Part shown: one piece after another, positions 50,311 through 64,000 of the stretch
Position numbering within the stretch: position 1 is the first letter of the stretch
Layout of the letters: the number at the start of each line of letters is the position of its first letter
Origin: Lingula anatina
Lineage: Eukaryota > Animalia > Brachiopoda
Reading direction: 5' to 3'
Assembly (NCBI GenBank): GCA_051362555.1
Contig: CM120642.1
Coordinates: 15,996,001-16,060,000 of the forward strand
DNA length: 64,000 bases
Made by a program: the position numbers and the translations under genes
The notes under the pieces: model-generated
What the model saw: only the letters and a program-made list of their open reading frames with translations
What the model was told of the DNA's origin: nothing
Databases searched by the model: none

Positions 50311-52623
50311 ATACTCCGCTCGCTTCATACGTAACATTTTAATGATAAATGTAAGGTTTTGAAAAAAAATTATGTTAAAAACATGTATGTTACATTTTAG
50401 GTTAAAAAACTCATATCTCACTCGTGAATGGTGTGTTGTTTTTAGCGAAATGTAGTGTTGTATTCACAGTGGTACTTACATATATTTAAAATTAAAGTTG
50501 GTATTATTGAAGGCACGTCATCGACAAATCGTTATGCCAGAGCACCCCTTCAGCCTTCCCAGTCCCAAGTCACGACCGATTCCGCCTAGACTTCCTGTGG
50601 TTAATCCGCGACAAGCAAATGAAACTAACAGTAGATGGCAGGAGTGTAACTGCCAACACTTTTTTCCAAGAAAAGGTTGGTTGAATATTTTTAAGACAGT
50701 AAGTTTAATGATCTCCATTATATATATTTGGAGTTGCAAATTATGTGTATTTTATTTAAATTTTTGTATAAAGTGATAAAAGCAAGGCAATTGATTTCAA
50801 TAAAAGACTGTCATTTATGCAATTTATTTGGAATATGAAGGCAAAAGCCCAACGAAAGGTTCAGTAGTCCAAGGGGCCATTGGCCTGATTTTTTTCAAAA
50901 CTATTTTATTTGTTCCTTCGGGTTGTAATTAGTTCAAAGTAGGTCAAAACAAGCGTTTTTCAGTTTTAGTGATGCTGTTATATGTATTGTAGGTGACTGA
51001 AAAAACCACTTAACAGAACTATTTTAAGTGCCCATATTCTTATAAGCTATTGTGTCCATATGGTACCAATTGTCACAATTCTATCATCGTTTTTTTGTAG
51101 GTATTAAAATGCTGGGGTGGTAAAAGGACTCTGGGTGAATTTTTTCAAGAATGCAATTGCATGGAGATTCCCCTTCCTGCAACCGATCATTGCTTTCTTG
51201 CAAAAATGGTCGAAAATCCACAGAGGGTTTTTCAGGCATTTTGGGAGACCCTGAAGGGTGTCATCAGTGACATTCTCTGCAACATTAGAGCTAAAAGAAC
51301 CTGTTCGACCAACGAAGTTATTTCAGGTGAGTTGATATCTGTAGACCAACTTGTTTTGCACTTGTTTATTTATACTAGAAATAGATATACTACCAATTAT
51401 TGTAATCTTTGTAATTTGTAATCTGCTGTATTTCACGAATCGATATTTTTGAAATCAAATCCTAACAATGAATAGCCAAAGGTCTTCATAAACTTTTCAC
51501 TGACCAATTTGCCTTAGGTATATGCAAATGCTGCATGATTGAAAAGTTTTGAAGATACAGTTTACCTGTCTTTGCTCAAAGCAAACACAAATTCTTACTT
51601 AGATTATAATCAGTAATGAGCTGTTGTTTGAGTAGTTAAAGGCATCAAACTCGGTGTTACATGTAACACAAGGAAAACTCCAAATCATTTCCAGGGCCAA
51701 AACTTGCAGCCTACATGGAGACGCTTTTCCAGAGTTTAAAAACCGAAAGGGAACAGATCATGCGTTTTCTTGTCGCAGCATTTGAAGAGTGGTTTAACGT
51801 AAGAAAAGATTTTATTTCCATCATCAGTTTTAAATGATGCGGTCTGTTATCTTCTGGTCGCTAGTTGGAAAAGAAGGTTATGAAGGGGGTACAATCATCG
51901 ATCATTGATAACTCCTCGTATAGACTTGAAGCGGTTATTATAAGAAACTACACATGTTATTTAGCCATACAAATATGCTTTGTGGAACATTCATAAGAGT
52001 GTCAACTTGTAAGCCTTATTTACCCAGCTATGCTGTCAGCGCGGGAATTTATCCCGTAGCTTAACGATAAATTTCAAATTTTATAATTTATATATGCAAT
52101 ACTCTCAACATCTTTTCAAACCTCCCAACTTGACTGCTCATCTTTTATCCTTGTTGTTCCTTAGGTCTTAGTGTCATTTCACAATGAAGACCGGAAGGAA
52201 CCACCTTTAGAGGAAGAACAGGACGAAAGTCTTGAAGAAAGGTGACTGGAAAAATAGACATCTTATAGCAGTCTTACCAACAATGCAATTCTTTTATTTC
52301 GTGTATACCCCCAAATCAAACAATGTTTTCAACAGATATAGGTATTTATTTTCATGATAGCTCTCTGGTTTCCAGGAAGGTATCGAAGGTATCCCTTCGC
52401 GAAATAGAAGTCATGGCAATGAAAAAAGTTCAGGAGGATTGCAGTGCACAGTGGGATTGTCTTTCTTATAAGGACGGGTCAGACGACTCTCACCAAGAAA
52501 TCTGGCAGCGCATAGGTAAGGTGATTAAATTTAGTTCTACGTTTGTTGGGGTCACCAACCTAAAAACCTTCACGCGCTGGTGAATACTCAATACGGGTCA
52601 GACTTTTTGGCAGTAACATGTAT

Positions 52624-52661
<38 letters not shown>

Positions 52662-53933
52662 AGAAAAAGAGAGAGAGGAAGGGGGAGAGGGATGAAAGAA
52701 GGAAGGGTTGTTAGTTTGTGTATCATTTTTCTTTTGCAGAGGATGTTTGTATGAAACATCGCAAGAAGAACAAGTCCGAATCTGAAGCCTACTGTACTAA
52801 ACTAGTAAAATGCTTATCAGGGGACATCCATCGCAACCTGTATGAAAATGTGCACTATTCCGAGACTGATTTCCAAATGGATCTACAGCATCTGGAGCGC
52901 CGTTATTTTCACGGGGCCAGTGGACCCTTCAAACAAAAAGTGTTTGAAAAAGAGAAAAATGAGCTCGAACAGAATTTCAGTCTATTGCAAAAAGACCGAC
53001 AAATGGCGTCAAGTGTCATTAAGAAAAATGCTGATCTAAGTCGTGAAATTTCACAACAGAGAGGAAGACAGTTGGAATTGGAAAAACAGATGGAAAGAAA
53101 TCGCAGTCGGTTCAAGGAAGAAATTCAAAGCGAACAGTTTAACTTCCAGGAAAAGGAGAAAGAGGTTAATGAGTTATTTTTCTCCTTTATTTAGGAGACA
53201 TATTTGATCGTTTCCTACATGTTAAATTAACTGACTAACCATGTGATCTAGAAAACCAATACAGCTTCTCTGAATTTTTAACACTTTAAAGATTTGTGTA
53301 ATATATGGATTTCAAAATTAAAATACACAATTGTACATCAAAGAAACGTTTTCCCTTTCATTATGTTATGGACAATAACTGATTTCAAAGAGATAAAGAC
53401 CCCTATCCCAAAGTGAACAGTTACGATTTCATACCTGTTTATCAAAGGCGATACTGTCATTGTAATGCATCCCACTGTATGACTTGGAAGCTATAGAACA
53501 ATACTATGCTGTAAATGTATTTATGATATATCCACTTATTTTAGCTTTACAACAATCACCGGAGGCATCTTGAGGATACTGAAAGATCATTTGAGAGACA
53601 TAAAGCTGATTCGGAGAAGAGAATGAAGGCGTGTCTAGAGAAAATGGCGCTTAATCAACGTAGGCAAGTATTGGAATTTTTCCTTTCGTGATTGTAGGAC
53701 ACGAATGTTTATATAATTCTACTGTAAAATCAACCCCCTGGGTCGAGAACCCATGCCCTACCTGCCACACTTTACAAAACCCACTGCAGAAGAAGGAACA
53801 AAGAGGGGTGGTCTGTGATTTTCCTCCACGCGTACATATTGTGTGTTGACTGATAAAAGTTAAAACCCTGTTTTTTGACTACTGTGGATATCAGTGTTTC
53901 AGCTAAAACAATCCTCCGTGACCTGACATCATC

Positions 53934-53935
<2 letters not shown>

Positions 53936-53998
<63 letters not shown>
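53936..53998. repeat. (TA)n microsatellite
   Basis: Pure TA run. Other microsatellites: poly-A ~2747-2788, (CT)n ~8862-8890, (TA)n ~40446-40499, (GT)n ~52629-52658, (CA)n ~60635-60665, (GA)n ~61306-61335. Confidence 0.95.
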
Positions 53999-54001
<3 letters not shown>

Positions 54002-55559
54002 TTTTCATTTGATGATTTTGTTTTCAATTAAGGCCGTCTTACCCCAGATTCAAGAGACGTTTTCGTTATGGTGTTGAATGATGATGAAGATGGTGGTGAT
54101 TATTATTATTAACTCATGGGAATCAACTACGACTTCGATGTTAATACAGATGAAGATTGAGGCTCTCTCCGTATCATTTGAATTTCTCATTATCAATGGA
54201 ACTGTTGGACCCGGGAGTTTGGTAGCAATTTACTGGCCGCCAATATTGCACACATCCCTGATCCCGGTCCTATCTTGCTTTGGGAACTGTTTGTACTATA
54301 CACTGTATGTTGTAGCTGTTTGTAGTATGAAGGAGTAGACATTGTGAAGATGGTGAACCGATTAATGGGCGGTGATTACCCTAAATACCATCGGAAACGA
54401 GGTTTATAAGAGTATCCATGCTCTTAAAAAGGCGAGATGTGGCTACTTTCTCTCCTTTGTTGTCTTCTGTTTTATTATTAGTTCTATAAACTCAACTGTA
54501 AACAAAAAATGTATGAAAACTGAAATATTTATTCATTTTTGAAAATCTGAAGTTCATGTTTTTCCTTTCTATTTTTTTGTTTTGCTTTTGAATAAGTTAC
54601 TTTTGTACATGTACATAAGTACAAGGAAGGACGATGTTTGATCGTGTCGTTTTAAAAATGGCCTACGAGCTTACTAGTATATACATCCAATCCCGAAGGG
54701 GTTTAAATTATATATAACGATAACAACTAACAAGAGTGTTTTTTTCTGATACAAAGACAATGTACATAAGCATGCTAGGTTTATTTCTGTTAATTTGCTT
54801 CGAGTTTGTATTTAAGTTTGTTTTATGTATACACCATTTGACAATCTCCTAAGTGGTTTGAAACTGTGGTTTTAAATTTATCTGATGTTTTTTATTTCAA
54901 TATATATATTGCAAAATTTATTTTGGTTAGAATATTTCAATACTAGTTACATGTACATACATGTCACATCAATTGAAGTAAACAATAAATTCATATACAA
55001 CAGAAACCAGAAGTGTTATAGTATGGTATGACAACACTCCCAAATATCATAAGCGACAAATTCCAGAATTTCGTGTTTGTTCATGGTGTAAATGTGTACT
55101 GTGAATGTCCCTTGCGTTAAATACATGGTTTTCTCTTTTTTTACATGTTATTTAAAACGCGAATAGTTTAGATTTGTATCGAAGCCTTTCTGTAACCTTA
55201 TGTACACCAATTTCATGAATATTGTGCTGCGTTTATCATACTGACGACTCTCTAGAAACTGTGTTAGTTGAGACAAAACTTTATGAATGCGTTTCTGAAC
55301 CAAAAATACCCGGAAGCACATGCATGGCGACGAAATGCACTTTCCATTATCGCTTATTGCTTATGTAAAAATTTCCTAAAAAATATGTTTCACTATATCA
55401 GGTGTGTCCTGAAGTGCATGCGTATTGATAAGTTTTAAGGCGAAAATAGGCTCCCTGACAACCTCACATATGGGCAATAAATTCACATGTGATTTCTCAA
55501 TATCTGGTCGCGAGATAGCGTAAACGAACCCTAACCTATGGTACGCTCTGATGAAAGTA

Positions 55560-55807
55560 GGGGAGACCGGGGCTAGTTGGACCCCGGGGTAAGTTGGCCC
55601 CCCATCAATTTATGACAAAGTAACTATGGGGTAAATCACATCACATCATTTGTAAAGTGAACGTATCCAATAGTGCTAAGAAAGTGTCGGCAGTGAGTCT
55701 AAATGAAATAATTTAGCATCTTAAAATAACTTTATTGAAGAGACTTGATGGGGGGGGGGGGGGGGGGGGGCAACTTACCCCGGGGTCCAACTAGCCCCGG
55801 TCTCCCC
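55560..55807. mobile_element. MITE, Tc1/mariner(pogo)-type
   Basis: Perfect 37-bp TIR GGGGAGACCGGGGCTAGTTGGACCCCGGGGTAAGTTG with TA on both sides. Confidence 0.88.
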
Positions 55808-56235
55808 TAGATTGCATCGGTAGAATGCAGTGAACATTAAAAGCATATTGTTAAGACTTTTCTGCATCTACAAAGATTAAGACTGGCAAGCTAGAATTAC
55901 CTGACCATTACGAGGAAAGTGCGTGCGACACAGTCCGTGCACAGTACTTTGAAATAACTTCGGCTATGTATATCGGAAATGCAATTAGTATCATACAGCG
56001 TCCTTGCCTTCTAGTGGGTAGGCAGCCACCTGTGCAGTCTAGACGCTGTGACGAACAAGGTGACGGTTATCCGATTTACAAGGAAATAGCGTGCGGGCCA
56101 GTGCAGGGGGATTCATATTAGATGGTGCTGAAGTTTCTTGGAGCTTGTCTTATTGAGAAAACAGAGATATTTGTAGGTAGAAATCCTATTGCAAATTGAC
56201 CCAGAATAGCATCGGTTCTTTCAGGGTGCTCTATA

Positions 56236-57622
56236 CACACACTGGACAAAAGAAGTGTCACCCCTACTGAGACAATACTATGGGGGAGATAAATGACTGT
56301 GGAATGATATGCTCCTGGTATCATTTTATTAACATCAAATTTCACAAAAAATCATAAAATGAGAACAAAATATACATTCTACCATAATATGCAGTTTCAG
56401 GTCCAAAATTAGTACTTAGTGGCATAGCCACGTGACCTAATAATAGGTGCCAGTCTACGAAGCAAGGATTCATATAATTGTCTGATGCGTTCAGGGCTTA
56501 TGCTGGCCCAAGCATGAAACACTGAATATATCAGAGTTTCACTGCTGGTTAGACGGACATTTGTAAAAAGTTTTGACATATCATTCCACACATTTTCTAT
56601 TATGTTAACATCCGGACTCTGGGCAGGCCACATCACCCTGCGAATGTCCAGTTGGTCAAACCAATCATCAACTGCTCTGGGCCTGTGACAAGGAGCATTG
56701 TCATCCTGGTGAACAAATGGATAATTCCTGTCACCAAACATGTTAGTAATAGATGGTAGCAAGCCTGACTCCAAAACATCGATATATTTCCAGTGATTCA
56801 TGTTTCCATTAACCACTATAAATTCGCCCAAGCCATGGATGCCGATGCAGCCCCACACCATGATGAATATGCTGCTCCGGGTTCGAAAATTCAGTGCATG
56901 TGGTTAAAATGCTTTACCAGCAGTTTGCCAGCATAGTACCCGTCTGTCATTAGAGGTCAGACCAAAGCGACACTCATCAGAAAAAAATATATAGAACCAA
57001 TTGTCATGAACTGTCCAGTTCCAGATCCTGTTGACCCTAGTTTACTCTACGTTGGCTGTTTTGTAACGATATAAGAGGTTTCAGTCTTGCTATCCTGCTG
57101 TACACTCTCTGAGCATGTAACCGACGCCTAGCAATTTTCACAGACACATTCTTATGTGTGAAATTGTTCCACTGTGTTGTCAACTGACAAGCAGTGTCGA
57201 ACTTTGACAACCTGGACATCAAAATTAGTCGTCGGTCTTCACGGCCAGTATTTTTTCTTGGACGACCCATCAGAGGCAATTTGTCTCTTGATCCAGTGTT
57301 TCTATACCGAGATCAGACCCTCTGCACGGTTCTGACTGAACAATTCGATTGTATCGATATTCTGACATTGCTTATATTCCGCCTCTTCAGGTTAATAACT
57401 TGCACCTATAACTGTTAGATAATTGCCTGTATCTTGCCATATTGGAGGAAGACAGGAATAACATTTGATGTACATGTACAAGACCAACAATACAATTCCA
57501 TGGTATAGCGGTTTTATACTCATTAGTCACATTATAAGTAGACCAGGCATTATAAGTACCCAAGATCTGCCTACTTTTATTACTCTGAGTTAGGGGGTGA
57601 CACTTCTTTTGTCCAGTGTGTG
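56236..57622 (-). mobile_element. Tc1/mariner DNA transposon (DD34E), full length but inactivated
   Basis: TIRs CACACACTGGACAAAAGAAGTGTCACCCC at both ends, flanked by TA. Minus-strand transposase remnants GRPRKNT..EDRRL, FSDECRF, MVWGCI, QDDNAPCH-(34 aa)-SPDVNIIE, ending RGYATKY. Stops (e.g. 57037) and frameshifts are present. Confidence 0.93.
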
Positions 57623-60600
57623 TAGTTTCCTACAGGACCCTAAAGTAAATTAGCCCCAAATTCTAAGGAGACCTACATGTATAGGACATATGGAATCCTG
57701 TAGGACGTCCGATAAAATACTATAGGGATTATCAGTCCTGTAGGGTGTCCTTTATAGCAGATATTCGTGAAGGGATAAGAACATGATTTTGATATCTATA
57801 ATATGACGTACAGTAGCATGGTTATTTGAATCACCCAGACACGTGTACAGTCGGGTAGCCGAACCACTGATAAAAGTTCTTTAATAAGATATGTTTTAGA
57901 CATGCAACAGTCCCTGGGTAGTTTTTCAACAGCCTGTATAAAGGGATATCTAATGGAGTCAGGAATGCTGTTTTAATGATTGCCACAAAATTGAAACTTC
58001 GCGTCGAGAATTGCACTTAAAATGTTTATTGGGGTATAATACGGAAATGAACTATTTGGAATCTAGTTTTTTGGTTTGAGCTCGTCTCTCCAGATAGTGC
58101 CGCCACTGTTCGATACCATCTATCAACAAAGCCGAAAGGGAAGCTGCGGATCGCTCCTCTGACTGTTTGCCCATAGTATATAACACTACATAACTTCAAT
58201 TTCTTGTTCCCTTCGTGGACCAATTTATGCAATCCAACACAGATGTTGTCTGTTTAATAAGCATCGATCATCTATTTCAATACACCGTATTGTTCTTATG
58301 TATTGAAAACAAAACAGTGTCAATGCGTGTGACACAGAATAATGTAACTCGTGTTGATTCCTCAGAGCAAAAAGTTGGTAAACTTACATTGCATTGATTA
58401 CATTGCTGGAACATTTTTACACAAAGAAAAGCGTTTCTGAAATCAATTTGTGAAGATAAAAATACAGCATATAAACACAACACACTGGAAGTATGTTTGT
58501 TCTCGCTAAAGGTGTGTGCTCTCCGTATACGGAAATACTACACTGAAGTTTTATTCTACTTTAAGTTACATGACTTGCTTATTCACCCATCGCTAACCAA
58601 GCAGACGTGGACCAGAGACAAGGTTGTATCTTGACTGTGCATGAAACTACATGTAGGACTGCAGGTGCTTCTTTTTCTATTTGCAAACTTAACTGAAACG
58701 TGAGAGGAGGAAGACGTGATCTGCTGCTTGCCTCCTTGTTGTTTGTCACTTTAGCCTCTTGACGGATATTAAACTGTACCTTTCTCCTTTAAAGAGAAAT
58801 ATATTGCCCATATCACTGGTGTGGCGGCGTGTTTTCTGTCAGGCGAATTTCCAAAGTTGCGTGATGTTATTGCCATAGTCAATCTTAGATTTAAACTTTC
58901 ATCTTCCAAAAATAAAACAGATACATATATATCTTTGTGTGCAGAGATGTAGGGCTGCTTAATGCTAAGATTAAAGCAGGCGTCCATGGCTGTCATGTAG
59001 AGAGATGAAGAATCAATACCCTAAATAGAATTAAAATATATGGCCGAGACTAGATGTAATTGACGTCACAACCTGGTTGAAAAGGACTTCGCCAAATGGA
59101 CTGACAGCTAAAAGCAGCCTTTGATTTATATTCAATTGACATTCACAAAAATAACCTTGTATAGTAATCTCATAAGGCGTATAACGCAGCCGAGGGACAT
59201 AAAAGGTCCGCTTCACTTTGATGGCCGTTGGATTAAACGACTCCCGTCACTGACGTAATTCTGTCTGCCTTACAGGATAGCTTTGCTGTTATAAGAACAT
59301 TTCACATGCCCTTGCTGATGTATCTTGTTAACTTTGACCACAGGAAGGTTTTTTTATATGCGCCATCGCCAAGTATTCGGGGCGTCAAGTAATGCAGGAA
59401 TCGCACCTGTTACAACCCAGGTGTGTTCTGTATGCTTTTGTTACAGATCAAAATTTTTCTACTTGATACCATGGGTATAATGAATGGATAAACACATTTA
59501 AACCTTATAAATGTTTGCAACTCCCGTTACACGTCTTACAGATTCTTTTTTTTAACGCACCTGAAGTAGTAAAGACAGTTAACAATGGCAGTTGATATTT
59601 AACATTAAAGAGCTAAAAAAAACATTATTATCAGAATTAAAACGAGGAGGCTATAAACCCGTGAAACACGCGTGGGTTAGTTATATTTTCACTCATTGTA
59701 ATAGACAAATCGAGAAAAGCAGAAATGTGTTCTCACATCAAGTTGTCCATAAATGCCGGTTTCACCCGAAGGAAACATCGCTAATTATATAAAACTTCTT
59801 TTAGAAAATACAAAAATATTGTATTTAGTCCGAATCAGAGAATTATTTGTATCACTGCCTCCATACATGCTCATTTTTCTCTTTAAAATATGGGCATTTT
59901 GGAACAAGACGTTATTTCATAGAGATTTTGTACTGTCAATACCATATAAATTAGGACATTGCCCTTCCGCTTTTCGCTGGAGTTATTGGTTAAAAGATTG
60001 ATAGTCTGCTGATGGAAAAGGAATATTTGGGAGACAATCATTCATGTCAAACAGGATTCAAATTCGAAGGACAGTAATTGAAAAAGGAACATTGTATGAA
60101 CAAGGGTATTAGTACCATTGTTCATATGCTTTTGCGATTCTTTCTCAAACTGTTGTTTTAATCTTATTTCGCCCATTTATCTATATACGTGTATATTTAT
60201 TTGATTGTATATTTAGTTTTCTACTTATTTATTTATATATCCATTTATGTATTAAAGAGCATATTTCATCCGATTTTTGTACATTTAACACTTTGTACAC
60301 TATATGGAGAGACCCAGTCCCATCACTGTTCATGGCATGATACGTCCATTGAATGATATATAATGTTGACGACCGCAGTGTCTCCGCGGCATTGTCTGAG
60401 CTACCATGTCGGTGATTCTGTTGCTTTCTGTCCACTTTCTGCTTCCTGCACAAGGACAGGGAAATACACTGCAGTTTCCCCAACTCCACCCTCGCAACAA
60501 CCAACAAACATTCCTACAAGGCGACACCTCTTTCACAATGATGACCTGCTACTTTTTCCAACTTTCTGTCGACTCTCTACATGCCCTGCGTAGGTTGATA

Positions 60601-60633
60601 GCTTGTGTCTTTCTGTTTAATTTGATTTATCCA

Positions 60634-60667
<34 letters not shown>

Positions 60668-61304
60668 CAGCATGTGTAGTGTATACTTTCAACGCCATTT
60701 GTGCCTGGATTTAGTGTAAACCCCAATTTGTAGCCTAAAAATACTGACGACATTCAGTTTGAGAAAAAAACTCTACATGTACTTAGCGGTATGTAGTCGG
60801 TGCCGGGGTGCCGGCCTCTAGTGAGTAATCTGGGAACTGCGTTGTCTGATTTTACATAAGCCTAGATGCACAAATTAAATCAAGAAGCGTGTACGCACTT
60901 TAAATTAAATGTAAAATCGGGAGCAGCTGTAAACACTAAAAACTTGATTGATCTAAACCACATAGTAATTGTATTTTGCAACAGAGCTTGGATAACCTTG
61001 CTCTGCTCTGCCGAGATTTTCTTTAGTCCAGCATCCCGTCCATTTGTGATTATATTGTTGGGGATTTTCAAAAGCAAGCACTATTTTGTAACAATTTCTA
61101 AGTAAGTTGCTGGGCGACCACAGGCTACATGCATAAAAAGGTTCATGAAAAATTTTTCGAAATTTAAATTTACGAATTTATACAAATATCGAATTGGGAA
61201 TGGGAGGTAAACATTAGATGCCTTGGTTGGATATTAGAATAAATATTATAGATATATATGAACGATATTAATGGATGCCTTATCACAAGTTCTCTCTCTC
61301 TGTC

Positions 61305-61340
<36 letters not shown>

Positions 61341-61986
61341 AAAATTAGAAAGGCCTCATGGCGTATCTTTATTGATAAAACGAAACGCGCACTAAATTTA
61401 AAGTTCACCGCCAGACATGACGCTAGAGGTGTTCTTATGTGATCTTAATTAGATAAATACATTTCGACGCAGGATTCTCTGAAAGTAGATCTGGGAGCAC
61501 TAGAGGACACAGTGAAACTGTTTCTCATTTTTCGTCTATGATGAATTCCACGGGGAAAACAAATGAGAAGTAACATACGAACAAGTAATAACGTTCGGCC
61601 CCGACGGACGAATTGATCTTCTTCGTCAATGTATCATGTCTTTTTCTTCTAAAAACTAATAAAAAAGAAACGTCTGGAAAATTTATAAGTTTTAGATAAA
61701 ATGTTATATCGCCTTGGAGACGTTCGCTGGTATTACCATATGCGATAATACATAGAAGCGGGAGTTTAACTGCAAGCCTTCAAAGATGTGGGGTGCAAAT
61801 GATGGTCTAGGTACTTAGAAAATGAATGCGTGTAAATGACAGGACGAATGTCTATCTCGACAAAATTAGGGCAATGAGAAAAGTTACCGCACTGACTAAA
61901 GGATAACGGCGTGAAGGTTTTAGGTTCCTGATGTTGGTGTAGGTAAAATGAAACCTCGCAAATTAGTGACTACCACTTGTATCCGG

Positions 61987-62910
61987 GGTATCAGGACAAT
62001 CCCCCCCTGGACAATCCCCCCCGGACAAGTCCCCCCTCCTCACAGACAATTCCTTCCAGGACAATTCCCTCCGGAAAATTCCCCCCGAAAGATATATATA
62101 TTTATCGACAAATAAAATGTGAAGAATGTAAAGTGCAAATTTTTTCTAATCCATTTTATGAATATCTCACGTGTGTGATGCAACTCGAGGACAGAAAAAA
62201 ATTATTTCATTAAACAAAATATTTTCATGGAGTACAAGTACAGATAAATTTAGAAATAGAAGTACTGAAAAATTTGTTAAAATCTGATCAAATTATATCT
62301 GCATGTAAAGGTGGGGAAAACAGATGATTTCACTCATCCAGGTAACCCTTTAATGAATTAACTGTTGCTTTTAAATGTTTCATCACTTCTCCCTTGATCA
62401 AGTCGCCCGCCTTGAATCAAGATGCATCTGTAGGTAGAGGTGGGGTAAACAGATTTTCTCACTTGTCCAGGTATCCCAATTGATTATCTGCCACTTTTAA
62501 TTGCTTGACTACTACCCACCTAGCCACAACCCAGCACACTGAAAATATTCATAAAATATCTGTTTACCTGTTCATCTGTTTACTCCAACTGGAGGATAAG
62601 TTGTTATACTTTGATTTGATATTTGATAAAACTTTATGTACTTGTACTAAATGAAAAAGGAATTAGATGTAAAAAATTAGTGATGGCATTATGTTAGCAC
62701 ACTAAAATATTAATAAAATGGATGGGATGTCTTGAACTTTATACTTTTTTACTTAATATTTGTATATAAATATATATATTTCTTGGGGGAATCTTCCCGG
62801 GCGGAATTATCTTGGGGGGGGGGGGGATCGTCCGTGGTGTGGGAGGGGGAGGGGGGCATTTGGCCGGGAGGAATTGTTCGGGGGTGGGGTGGGGGGGGAG
62901 TCCTAAGATC
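61987..62910 (+). mobile_element. ~0.92-kb foldback-type non-autonomous DNA transposon (Mutator/Merlin-like), copy 2
   Basis: 8-bp TSD GTATCCGG (61979-61986 and 62911-62918). Same GGACAAT-C-run terminal arrays and internal sequence as 38367-39284. Confidence 0.85.
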
Positions 62911-64000
62911 GTATCCGGACCTCTGCATGTAAAGATAATTCAACAAGAGATATTTGCCGGTGAAATCCCTCGTTATAGAAGGTGACTTTATATAGATCTA
63001 CATGCAGGCATGTAAACACTAACAACACTTTACAACCTCTTTTTTAGTATTGAAAAGCCTCACTGCATGGGAATCGTCAATGAGCGCAGAGGAGACTGGT
63101 ATCCTTGGGACCCAAAGATAAACAGGGAAGGTTCCACCAGGTCCTTGTACTACACCAAAACGCATGAAAATCATTAAGTTGACAAAAATGGAAACGATCT
63201 ACTGTACCAGCAATTCCCAGCTTTAGAAACTGTCGCATATTCGTAAATGATGACAGAGTGTTTAGAAAGATTTATGGCCCATTATCAGGTTGATGGGCTT
63301 CTTGTCAGACTGTTTTTATAAACTCTTTTGACGGCAGTAGCAAATAATTAAAAAGGCTTTGGAAATTATTATATTGTACATGTAGAACCCATTTCCATTT
63401 GACATTTATAGAGCATGAATACACCACGTTCAATCTTTAATTCTTTTTATATTCAAAATTTGTTGAATATTCAAATCCCCTGTTTATTAGTTACTCAGGA
63501 ATGTATCACCAGCCAATTCACTGAACAATGTCATCGCTCAAAAATATACTCAAAAATTCTGTGAATTTCACATAAAGTCGATATCCCTACAATTCCCGTA
63601 TGAGAGCTGTGTTGAAAAAATAACCTGGTGCGTTGAAAAATAAGAGAAAATAAACCACATTTAATAATACGGCGCTTGAATTTGTGCCTAAGCTCTTGTG
63701 TGTGACTTTAACAAAGAAATGTAGATTAAACTTTAATGGTCGCTTTGTGAGTTGAAGATGGCGTATTTACTTTGTTTTTATCACGTTGATACGTAAATTA
63801 CAAAGTAAACACAGTGGCGAATACAGGGGCGCTTGCACTCATTAAAGGCGTATTCAAATATAATAAGCAGTAAATATTTTGTGTTATGTAAGGTCTGAAT
63901 ACAGAAAAAGAATTCTCCATTTGGCACCGTATTGATTTCAAGCCTATTAAGTAAAACTTAAGTGTGTGCATTATGTAGCCTACAAGGACTAAATAGTACT

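Larger units (their letters stand above)
46795..54081 (+). pseudogene. Guanylate-binding protein (GBP)-like large GTPase pseudogene
   Basis: Exons ~46795-47076 (VAVASIIGPARMGKSF, G1), ~48794-48921 (FPVGHEINRETRGLWI..VVFIDTEG, G2/G3), ~50513-50675 (DFLWLIRD, G4), 51101-51327, 51695-51798 (GPKLAAYM), 52165-52241, 52361-52515, 52740-53164 (KNKSESEAYC..helical domain), ~53545-53662 and ~54033-54081. In-frame stops TAG 46873-46875 and TAA 47071-47073; GC rather than GT after DTEG. Confidence 0.82.

Noticed and set aside
54170-54450. Possible SINE fragment downstream of the GBP pseudogene
   Set aside because: No clear Pol III A/B boxes, TSD or second copy in the window; cannot be supported.

Overview
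AT-rich eukaryotic genomic DNA with GT-AG introns, probably an invertebrate animal (lophotrochozoan/mollusc-like repeats; the taxon is inferred, not proven). The left third holds two genome-maintenance genes head-to-head: DDX11/ChlR1 Fe-S helicase (minus; 19 exons traced by hand, 16224->7988; the 3' exons are not in the window) and DDIAS/noxin (plus; 3 coding exons, 17293-22591). The middle and right form a transposon-rich, immune-like accessory region. It contains an apparently intact 8-exon minus-strand gene for a ~253-aa death-effector-domain (DED) + coiled-coil protein ending in an amphipathic RGFFCRLFN motif, with tandemly duplicated exons. Next come a triplicated promoter-like module with IRF/NF-kB/E-box-like motifs and a divergently oriented guanylate-binding protein (GBP)-like pseudogene (46795-54081). 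Mobile elements include a decayed Tc1 (DD34E), a LINE fragment with nested insertions, and many MITEs. All exon boundaries and family calls were made by eye, without database searches.
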